DNA of 64,000 bases, from positions 18,290,001-18,354,000 of the forward strand of contig CM068749.1 in the NCBI GenBank assembly GCA_035084275.1, read 5' to 3'. The number at the start of each line of letters is the position of its first letter. Position 1 is the first letter of the stretch. The notes below the pieces were generated by a model, which had not been told where the DNA came from, made no database searches, and saw nothing but the letters and a program-made list of their open reading frames with translations. This DNA is from Hydrolagus colliei. Lineage: Eukaryota. Of this stretch, positions 40,801-52,800 are shown piece by piece. Position numbers and translations under genes: made by a program.

Positions 40801-43800
40801 GTCCTGTAGCTCAGTGGTCAGAGCACTCGCCTTGCAAGCGAAACACCTGGGTTCGATTCCAGGCACGGAAAAACCTTACACAAGTTTCCTTATTCCACAT
40901 ACCTAATAATAATCCCTCAAAAAAGAACAATAATAATTTGGTCACTCAATCTATGACTGTTTGTGGGGCATTGCTGTGTACAATTGTTTGCCGCGTTTCG
41001 GCCACAAATATATAGTTAATTCACTTTACAGTATATTCTGCAAAGCATTTTGAAGGTGTGAAAAGCATTATATCAAATGCAAGGATTATTTTATTATAAA
41101 CTTTCAGAAGCTTTAAGGCAGAACTTGCATGATCAGTATTTTATGAGCAATTATCCATATAATCTTCCATGAAAATTAATTTTACATGTAAATTTATCTT
41201 TGATACAATTTTTATAAAATTAAAACTAAGCTGGAAAGAGGATTTTTGGTCCGAGGGTGTTAAATTCTAAATGTTTAAGAAAATTATTCTGTCTTAAATG
41301 GAAACAATAATGTTATCTGCATCATGCACTATATACTGAAGTTGACTGTATAATTCCAAGAATTGGGCAATACAAAACATAGCTTTCCTGTTAAATAATG
41401 GTCACTCGAGAGTTGTCTGGGACTATAGTATGTTGATTCTGTCCAACTAATAGAAATTTAACCAAGACTAGACGCACATAGTTTACAAAACCTGGTTTAA
41501 GACGTGCCAAAAATGTTAAGTGATTTTACAAATATGTTTAAATGATGACACAATAAGTTGCAATATTTCATTTCAATTTAAAAATAATTTTGCATTTAAA
41601 GGATTAATAGAAAAGTAATTAAACAAAGTTTTTTGGTGGCTAAATTTCTAGGTTTACGCAACATTGCCAGCTACCTGAACCACACCTTGTCCGTGATTAT
41701 GTGATGAAATTTTAAACGGGAATTAAATGGCGTTCCATATAGTTTGATGAACAATTGGAAAAGCAACAAATTTGTTATGGTACCTGTAAGGACTAGAGGT
41801 GGGAGATTCAAGTTGAACAACATGAATTTCCTTTTCTTCTCCTGGATTGGATAGCACACAACCATCTGCCAATTGTGTCTGAAGATATGCTGCAAGATAA
41901 TTCTGTGACAAAAAATTCTTCTCTATGATGCACGTTGGTGGCAACAAGGGATCTGAGGAAAAAAAGATAATTTATATCTGACATAAAGTCCAGTTTACTG
42001 AAAGCTTGAAGCACTCAATACATTCTTCATTGCACAGCTGCTTTTTTACCCACCTTCACCCACTTTGATGTAGATGTTATTAGCCTTGTTTAGTTCAGTG
42101 AATGAGGTCACTGATCCATATTTTTTCAAGGTCCATTGTAGCAGATGTTTGCTGCCTTGGGGCAGAACTTCCTCCTTCAATGGAGTTGACATAGTAAAGT
42201 TTCTTGTTGGAAAGTGAATACTTGAATTTTTTGATACCTGAGGGAAGGAGAAAAAAAAGTGAAACAGTGGCTAACCCAGGTTCAGTATGTGTGGTTTTGT
42301 GAGATAGTAAGTGAGGAAAAAACATTTCAATATATAAAATCACAATGCTGCATTTATTTATCTTTATAGTAATTGACAGTAAATATTCAATATTCTAAAT
42401 CTATGTGATAAAAATATTAATCTGATATGAAATTAATTATAGTAACCGTTGAACTTTAAGGCTTGTCACAAATTGAGATTTCAACTTTTAAAATAATCTG
42501 GTTATTTTCCTATTTAATTTTTCATCAATAACAGAAAAGGCAGAAAATGAAGCACTTTTCCAAGTTGTTAATCTAGCACTACCATGTCTTATTATTAAGG
42601 CTGACAAAGTACTAGGGTCCGTTGATATGGAAATTTTCCGATATCGATATATCGGTTTGCCCATATCAATATATACACAGATATATCGATATCGCCGATA
42701 TATTGATATATACTGATATATCGATATAAATCGATATCGCGTTTTTTTTTTTGTCCTGCGCATGCGCGCGCATTCCGGTGTGCGCGCGCATTCAGATATC
42801 GACAAGGTAAGTTGAAAAAGTCTGCATTATACTGATATATATCGATATATCACCGGACACGATATATCGATATTTGCGATATATCGATATATTTTAAATT
42901 CCAATATCGGCATATCGATATGAAAATTATATCGGATATAACCGATATATCGATATATCGCCAGACCCTATAAAGTACTCATTAGTTAACTGTGTTGTGT
43001 ATTGTGCACTGGTCCCTCAATTACCAGAAAAGCTTTTGATTTCTCCAGCAAGGAATCAAATGTGAATCACACTGACTTGCAAGACCTCAACTTTGAAGTT
43101 CAGGCAAGGATAGTTTTTACCTTGCAGACTTGCAGAAGATGCAATTTTTGCCATAAAGGAATTTTTCCAGCGACACGAGATCAACTTCTGAGAAGCATCT
43201 TGTCAACTACATAATATAGATTAGATGCACTATTTTCTAAAAGAGTGAGGCTTATCCAGCACAATGTCTCCCTTTACATTCATCTAGCACATGTACACAT
43301 AGGGTTTGGCTGAATCTATTAAAATAAAATCACTAATGCAAACGTGAAAGCAGTCCAGAAATATAAACAACTGTACAATAGTGAATGAGTGGAATACAAC
43401 TATTACAGACACCAAAATCCAGCATTGATTAAAAATTGGCAGCAAGATCCTGGACCACAGCAACTGGCCTTACTGGAATAATTCCAGTACGTTTCATGTC
43501 CTAGTGATAAACAACACGTGTCCAACAAACTACGTTTTAATGCACCTACATGTGGTCTAGACACAGTCTGCTTGAAATCCTTCTTTTCCCTTGCTACTTT
43601 TGACAATCTGGTTATCTGAGGAAAACAGCAATCTGGCTTGCGGATGATTGAGAAGAAATTTCTCAACAGGATTTATTTTGTCTACATTTACTATTATTTT
43701 AACAAGTGCTTCACTATGCCCAGTTACTCCATGCATTATGCAACTTGAATCCCCCCTTCCAGATTCCTTTTTTGCACACAGTCCACTATTTTATGTCTTT

Positions 43801-46800
43801 TACTGAAATATACAGTTTAAATCTAATGCAGATGGATTGGAGTCCAACACTCTCTTCATTATTGCCAAAAAGTGGGAAAGTGGAGACAACCATCTGTTCA
43901 ACCTTTGGATACTATCGTTACGAAATCTGTCTGTTAGTGTGAGAGCAATAAAAAAAAATAAGTGCAAGGTTCAGCATAGTACAATGTAAAACAAATAAAT
44001 CAAAGTTAAGATTTTACATTATCACATGGGCAATAAACATAGAATTGTTGGACCATTAAATATCTGTGATTTAGTCAATCAATACTGACAATACTGTTCT
44101 ACTTAATGTCATAGCTACACTGGCTTAACTTTAGTTGAGTTTTGGAGCTTTCAATTAATTATCAGTCAAGATGATAGTTAGGAGCGGATTCTAGTATGAT
44201 CTTCTGGAGAGTCCAGACCGTAATCTTTCTGTAAATCAGTAAATCTAACTGTTGCATACCAAAAGTTTATTTTCAGTTAACTTCTTTAGAATTCAGTTGT
44301 CTTATTCTAATTTCCCAAATGTAACACCAAATATTAAAAGTACAAATGAACCTCAAAGAAATATAAAGCAAGCGCAAGCCTCACAATCAAACCCCAAAAT
44401 CAGTGCATGCAGAGCAGAGATCATTGAACCTGGAGAGAAAACAGAAATTGCTACTCCAATACATGATTCTGTCACATACAGCATGGGAGAGGGTAAAGCA
44501 GGTCACAATGTTATTACATTCCAAAGTTAATAAAGTGTTATAGATGGTGATTGGTCACGTGTTTTCCTCAAGTCAGCCATGTGTGCAAGCAGCAGAACAA
44601 AGAAATATCAGACCATTCATTTATTTATATATATATATATATATACATATAGATAGATATATAATTAATTTGAAACTCAAATTCACAGAATTCAAATTCA
44701 AATCAAAGTCGCTATCCCTGATCACTGTGAAGGCCAGCAATGGATGTTGAGGCTGCGCATTGGAATTAAAAAAAATTGGGGTGGGGGTTTGAGCCCAGTC
44801 TGTTTAGGTACGAATTCTGGATATCCAGAGTCTGGTAACTGGAGGTTTACTGTATTTAGATGGAAATCATTTGTGTATCAAATCTTGAATATCTGTGGCA
44901 AAAATTTGTAATGCATAAAAACAAAATTGATAGAAGGTTGTTAATTATTTACTGAACGTTATCATTCATTAAATGCAGTAAATATTTCCATGTATATTCA
45001 CTGCTTTCTAAGAATTGCTATCAAGAGAACAGATGGCAATACTTTCCCACACATTTGCCAATTTTGCCTCTGAACTGAGAGCAAAAAGGTCCACAAGAAT
45101 GGCCCAGGGTTGATTCAATGCTGAATGCCTGCTTCACATCTCCCCATCGTCGGTAAGGCCTTCAGCCTCTGCTCTCTGGAACACCAACCCAGAGTTTCTT
45201 TGCCTCACCCCTTCCCTCGCCTCTTTCAAGGTCCATCTCAATACCTTCCTTCCTCTTTCATGTGCTTTCAATGGTCTTCCCACCCCACACCCACCTTGGC
45301 CCCAATCACAGTTTGCGTGGAAAAATTCAACAGTCTATAATTGCTATATAAATACAAATTGTTGTTTTTGGCTTCCATGTGTTACCTCTCCGTAGTAATA
45401 TGTTGAAGAATATGTACTCTATAAACAGAATTGTATCTGTAATTTATCAATTCACAGTGCAGCACAGTGATCTTCCAATTGCATCATCATGTGTATCTTT
45501 CAGACAATGGGAAAATTATTTAACACAAACAACTTGATGTCTTATAAGCAGATAGTAAGATGAAGATTCTGGAAGAATTCACCCGAATCTCTCTTGTGAT
45601 AAAGCATCTATCCTGATACCAACAAGCAACATGTGTGACTGCTGAAAACTGCTAAAGAACACAATAGGGTAAATTAACTGTGATTTTAAGACCTTGAGTG
45701 CTTGAATTGTCTAGTGCCACTGAAACAGACAAAATCTCCAACTCACTTGCACTGGAACTGTGTCTAAATATTAAATTGAACTTTAGAAATAATTTGCCAG
45801 ATGGGCAACAAACATAGCTGCTGCAATCAGCCTAGAGCCTGAGATAAGACTTGGCTGTAATCCTGTAGTACGATGATAAATATGCCAGCTGTTTCTGAGT
45901 GTCCAGGAAGCATTTCTCTGGCATGAAAAACAGTTCTGAAACTGTCTGGAACCCGACTCCTATGTAGGTGATATACTGACAAAATCTTCATTTTGAATTC
46001 TTCTCTATTTACCAAAAGATGCAATAGTCTCAAAGGGGAGGGGACATGCTGGTTCTACAGCTCTCTGGCTGCTTCTACTGAGTATGTTCTCATGTTTTCT
46101 AGGTAGGGCTTCAGCTGCAATCCCTTCAGACACAGGTATGCAGCTAATGTAGACAGACATTATATAAACCATTTTGGGGATGGGTGAAAGAGGCTAGGGC
46201 AGCATCATTTGCTAGTACAATATATTTACTATCTTAGATATTTTGAAATTGTTTTCCCAAGTGAGTCTTTTATATGTGTGGTTCCCTGCCAAACCTTTGG
46301 ATATACTGCCTGAATGATTAAGGGATGTATAACCTTGAATTTATCATTTCCAAATCGATTATCCAGAATTCATCACAAACCCAAACTTTTTCCAAGTACA
46401 AACAACAATAACAACTTGCAGTATTCACAACTTTTTCCTACAGCAATAAATATGCTGTACTATACATGTTGAGAAGAAGTAAATCAACTTACATGAAAGA
46501 GTCGCTTTATTCCTGGTGCCAGCCTCTCTGCCTTGATCACCCACATCACTGTTCTTGGAGAGTTGAGGACAAATACCAAAGGCTTTTGATGGTAATCTAC
46601 AGATGAAATAGGTCGCAAATTCAGGGTAACCTTTAGGGAATAAATGAAAAGAAAGAAATAACTTTGACCAAAGTTTCAAAATTGAACTCAGAAAACTGTA
46701 CCACTTAAACAATGTTCTGATATTTTTTAATCACTGATACCTTAACATCCAATTAAAATTTTCCTTCAAACACTAATCTTATATGTTTAATCAACCAAAA

Positions 46801-49800
46801 TGTTTTTCAAAATTGTTTTCAATTTCATTTTCTCTATGCTTACAAAAATGTTAATGATTATACACCATTATATATCCCCAAATTCTTGTAGGGTTAATTA
46901 TGGTTGAAATAAGCTACTAAAACATTTGGAAAATAAAAGCACATGTGTCTTAGCTACAGTTAAATTTTTGTTTTACGCACGCACCTAAAATTAATACAAC
47001 ACAAGACATTCTTTGTTGAGAAAAAAATCTATGTGGAGTAAATGAAGATCTCCTTTTTAAACAATTAGATCAAATCATGATTTGTCCTCCTGAACAGTCT
47101 CCTTTCTTGCTAAAGTAGAAAACCTCAGGAACATTCATACTTATACAGAGTCCAATATTAGTAGTGTACCTAGATTTCCAAAACGTTCAACAAAGTAGCA
47201 CAAGAAAAACTCCTTCAGAAACTTGTGACACTGAGTGCAGTATCAAGGGAAAGGCATGGTCATGGATTCCAAACTGGCTGAAGGGTAGGAAGCTGAGAAG
47301 TTATTTGGGTAGTTAGGTCAAAATAAGTAGGGGTCTAGTCAGAACCCCCTACTGTTCCTTGTATCCGAGTGATATTGATGTCTAATTGGAAATATCATGG
47401 GATTCACAGCCTGAGTTTAATGTCCTAAACTGAAAAATAATAAATTATCTTCTCTTTGGTTTCCCTGGTACTATACACCACCTCCAAAACATGAGAACAT
47501 GTTTGTGAGTAGCTCCCAAATCTCTGCCATGCTCCAGGGAATTGTCTGCCAATTGTGCCTCCGTTTAGGAAAATTTCTTGACTCCACAGACTGATTGGAG
47601 ATGGCCTACTCAGTGTGTGATGAACAAATGAGTATACATCAATATACTAGTTCTATATGGCAGCTATACTTAAAATATATTCTTATTGTATAAAACTACA
47701 TGTATACATTCACAATTAGTTGCATTACATATCAATTGACAAATAAAATGTTATGAATTTTATCTGGAAAAATACAGTACTTATAAGCAAGCATATGCAT
47801 AAGCAGACGGCCAAGTACTATAGTACAAATTGTATTCAGAATCTGATGCTGTCAAGTTAACATACTGAAAACTCCTTACCACAGTGTTGGCTATGGAGCA
47901 CAGACTGTTCTGCTTTTAGATCTTTCCAAAGGGATCAGTCTGAAAAGATGCCATTCATCCAGACAGAATCTATCTTCCAGATAATCTGTTTCATTGCCAG
48001 TTAAATAGTATTTTATTTAGCAAATCAGAGTGCATTGCACACAAGACATCTAGGCAGGATCCTTAGCCATTTCTGTAGCGCTCCCAGCCCCATCAGATAC
48101 TCTTTTAAGATTTTGTTTGAGAAGCAACATGGAAAGTACATCTGGGCATAATTTTATTAACAGTTGGATGAAGTAGTATAGGATTCCACTGTGATTTTAA
48201 CTATATTTTCCGAGGAAGCAGAATTGCTGTAGCTATTAGAAAGAGTAACCTTGCTATGGGGTGGGGTTAGGAAAGGAGAGGTGCGGAAAGTTGACATCAC
48301 AAAATAAAAAGTTATTCTAAAAGTCTTTAATAATCTTTTTCTTCTCCTTTAATAAATGTGAAAAAATGTGCCAGGAATAACTTTATTTAACGTAGTGAAT
48401 CCTAATACACCAGATGTTAGTGCTGTTTACTTATGGATTGAAGGGATTTTTTTTTCTGAGATTTGCTACTAGGCTCAATTTATATCTTGTTTGTCTACAT
48501 CTACTCTGAAAATGGCAGAAAAATCAGAAGAAACTTTTCTGTTGTGGCCCCATAATAGACATACTAGAAGTCAATAGGCCAAAGACAGCTGCACAAGTTT
48601 GTTTCCCAGGAGATGATGGTTTCATGGAAGGCTGAGGATTGCCACAGCAACCAGACTACAAAAACAACTCTCTCATTCAGGGTTCCAGATCCTGTTAAAG
48701 CAATTTGTATTGTGTCACAGAAGCAGAACAGAAATATTGAAAAAGATCAAAGTAAACAAGGTCATTAAAATGTCATTTTAATTTTACCTTAGATGAAATG
48801 TCAGAATCTGAGAATAGGTTTGAAACAGATGAAAGCAAGTTCTAGAGATTTCTGAGTCTGATTGAACAGTTTTCACTTTGAGGGTCCACAAATAAACAAT
48901 AATACACATTATCTAAAACAACTATTGCAAATTCATACCAATTGATTATGGCAAAAAAAATCAGAATTATATCGTATTTCAATGTAACATTAGCTATCCG
49001 CATTTCAACAGCTGTAGTTTGCTCAGGCATTTCTGGATAAATACTCCAGAAATGAAAGAGGAAAAATGTTTTAGCCATGTGAGAGTGATACAAAATATGG
49101 CACCTGAAAGCAGTAAGGTAGTTTGAAATATTTGAAATGTTTTGAAAATGCCAATATGTATTTATCTAACAGAGTGAAAGTATCTTATAAGTTACATTTC
49201 TCCTGTTAATATAGTTAACATAATAGATGTTTGATTGTAGGTGAAAAACGTCAATGGAAAATTGTCTTTTACAAGTACAGCATAGTGCTGGGTTGATGCT
49301 ATCTCTGTACTGCCCAACAATGGGTTGACTCTAACATCAGATGACTGTACACTAGTGCTGTAGCCTGCCATTTCCATTCTCCAAGTCAACCATGAATCAG
49401 ATTGTTAGTTTTGTGCCAAGTTACCGATGGTTCTTTTAAACCATGCAGTTGTGCCTGCTAAAATAAACCTGGACTAAACTAATTTCACTTTAAATCTTTG
49501 CAAAAGTACTGACAGAGTTTATGCAAAATTAGATTGTCATAAAAATGGTCCAAGAATCAGATCATATGTTCCAATCTGCTCTCTGTCTCTCATCAGCTCT
49601 GGGTAACTTCAACTATTGTGGTTCACATTCAAAAATGCATGCTCATTTGATAAAACAAACCCTTCATGGTGTGCTAAATAGTTCATTATATTTAATGAAA
49701 GGAAATACTATTCTGACCAGCTTCTTCGCTATTTAAGTGACTATATTCATGAATCCCAAGTCAATACAAAATCATATATTGAATGAATCATTCTCTAAAT

Positions 49801-52800
49801 CTAAATAAAACAATTTGTTTCCATAGGAAGTGAAAAAAAAGCATATACAATAACTAATACTACACAGGACAAAACCTGGTTAAATACAAACTTGATGTGA
49901 AGAACAATCACTGAGTAAAGTATTATGATGGGACTCAGAAAACAAATGGGTCACGCTTGTGAACCTCCAGAAAAAACGGGACATCATGTCAGTTTTGCAT
50001 GAAAGGTCACATTTAGCTGAATGCTTTAGTCACTACAGAAATGAGAAACAAATATTTCACTACATCAGATAAGCATGGGATAGAAAGGCTGACTTACACA
50101 TCTGGTTGCAATTCCTCAAGCACACAGCCTAGTAAATAATGGGGGTTGTGGGGGGATGGGTGAAAAACAATACGCAGTTACAATTAGATTGAGCTCAGGC
50201 ACAACCCAGGGGGACATTCTTCCACATTGGTATTAAGAAGCATGGTTGCTGAAGTGTTAGTGAGTTAAATACATTCTCGGAGGCATCTCAAGGACATAGA
50301 TTTGTATGTCAATCCAAGTTATGCTAACTTGAAACAGATCACCAGTGAGGACACACAAAAAATTGTGTATGGTTCAGGGCACCAAAGTTTCAAAAGTGTA
50401 TCAATGTATTGTAGGGGGCTCAACAAGGAGCAACAATTATGATTTTAGCCACGGGTTTATCAAGTAAAATTTGTTAAATTGGTAATAGGAGTCACAGAAA
50501 AGTTTTGCATCCACTAAGGTAAAATACAATAGTGAAATATTGTTGGTATTTTGGGGAGAATACCCAAAAGAAGAAACAGACTTATTGACCCAAATGGCCT
50601 TTTCCTCTTTACAGTATGTCTGTAAACTACCAGATGACTCAAAAAAGTAATTAGTTGTGTAGGGCACATATTTACCTGGGACTAAATTGGAGAGGGATAA
50701 GAAAAAAGAGAAGGGAACTGGTGAAAGTGAGGAGGACCTAGTAGCATTCTATCAGAGCAATAGAGAATGAAGCAGAACTTATCAATTGGTGCATTATTAC
50801 AACCTCAATTGATTGGCTGCCAGCAATGATTAAACTAATGTTCTTATTCTATGAACTAACTGGATTCACGGGCATTGTAAAAGTTCTCAAAGTAAATCAG
50901 AAGTCCAGTTCCACCACCAAAAAAAATTCTGTAACTATCTGTTTGTGAAAGTTTCATTACCAATTAACTGCTAATGTTACTTCCTTAAGTTCTTATCCAA
51001 TATTTCCTCCCATGGGAAGGCTTTTTAAGCCAGTTTCTAGTAAATTTGTGTTAGATGTCAAAAGTAAGGCTTGGTCTATGAATGAAATGACAAGCAAATG
51101 AACAGACAGGAAACAACTGGTTGGTTTCACTGAAAATGGGCACCTAGAAATTGCAGGCCAGAAGTAATACCAATTTTATGCTTAAAGATTGTACACCTTT
51201 AATTGGGGATTGGAGAATCAAGCTTCAATACCTTTAGCAGTTGTTTGTCTTGATTTTTTAAAATCCATCTTGTTTTACTACTTTTCAAATTTTAAAAAAT
51301 CGATCATAATCGATTAATTCAGACTTCAGGTTAACAGTGAAGTGCAATGACCATGTATTTGACTATGTATTTTTAATGCTAAAATACTCTATTTATTTAA
51401 TGGTTACCATCAATTTTAAATAATTTTCCATTATAATTCTGATATCTATTGACATGAAAGCCGAAAAGTAACTCCACCTTTAAGGTTGTTATGGTTTACC
51501 AACATAAAGAAACCTTGGGACAAAAAGGGTATGGAACTGAACAAGTAAATCTTGATGCCCAGCTCACCTCAGCACTAAAACAAAATTCTCATGAGAGCTA
51601 TAATGTCTGGCAAGTTTCCTCTATATTTTACTTTGTACTAAAGGTACAAAATCACTTCTACAAGTAGGGCCTCTCAAAAAACAATCTCCTGGGGAAGCTT
51701 GTGAAATTTCTCATGATGACTAATTTTAAAAAAAAGATTTCAAGGTACAAAATCCAGAACTTATTCTATTTAATCAGTAACAGTCCAAATCAACGGTGAT
51801 TCTTTTCTACTGAGAATATACAGTTTATATATCCTCCCGGCGTGAAAGGCGCTCTAGAAATGTATTTTTGTTGTTGCTATATAAATTAGTACTGCACATT
51901 AATGGGAAAGTTGTTACTTCTGAAAACACTTTTACGTATCTGAAGTTAAGAAAGAGTTTCTTTACTATTCTCAACTATTCAATTATTAATGTCACTTCCT
52001 TAACATCCTATTGAATATTTCCTCCCATGATAAGACTTCTTGTGCCAATTTTTGGTAAATTCATTTTATATATGAACAGTAAGGCTCGGCATGATTATTG
52101 AGTATCATTATTTGGGTAGCAAATCTAGATAAAAAGGCCACTTTACAGAAACTATTATGTTGGAGTATAATTGAAATGAGATGTGCACAATGTTATTCTG
52201 CAATGTTGTTGAATTAAAAATTATATTAAATATGTATGTTCTGCACATATATGCATTGTTAATTCAGTATAAAATAAAAATTCAGAGCAAAGTTGTGCTT
52301 ATGTCAGTTCAGTTGGTTTCTGAAATAACCCTTCCAAAGTGATTTTATACCTTCCTCCTCACTACTTGCAGGAAATGTGCTCTCGGCCTACACGTGAATA
52401 TATAGACCTGAAAACAGAAAGTCACACTGGGATCCAATTCAAAACAGAAATTGAATGCAAATCATTTCAGCTTGCTTCCTACAGATGGGCGGGTGTTGTT
52501 AATTTTCCGTTGGGCCACTAAACAAAGCAAAGTGCAGAAGTAGGAGTTGGAATTTATATGGTTTGGCTTGTCCCATTTGAATTGCACTTCTTGCTGATAC
52601 TTTTCAGAAAGACTTTACTGCAATTGTAGTCCACCAGCCTGACCAATCTGAGCTGGGGCAAAAGGCATACAGGATTTAGCCTGAAACTGAACAATTTGTT
52701 AATTTAATTTATTTTAAAATATCTATTTAAGTACTGTACCTATTTAATTTAGATACTTTAATCTAAATTAGTCTAAAGCTGGAAGGTTCTGCACTATCCA

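Noticed and set aside
42488-42805. 105-aa ORF rich in Y/R/I/S
   Set aside because: It reads through the ATATCG repeats of the MITE and is not a transposase.
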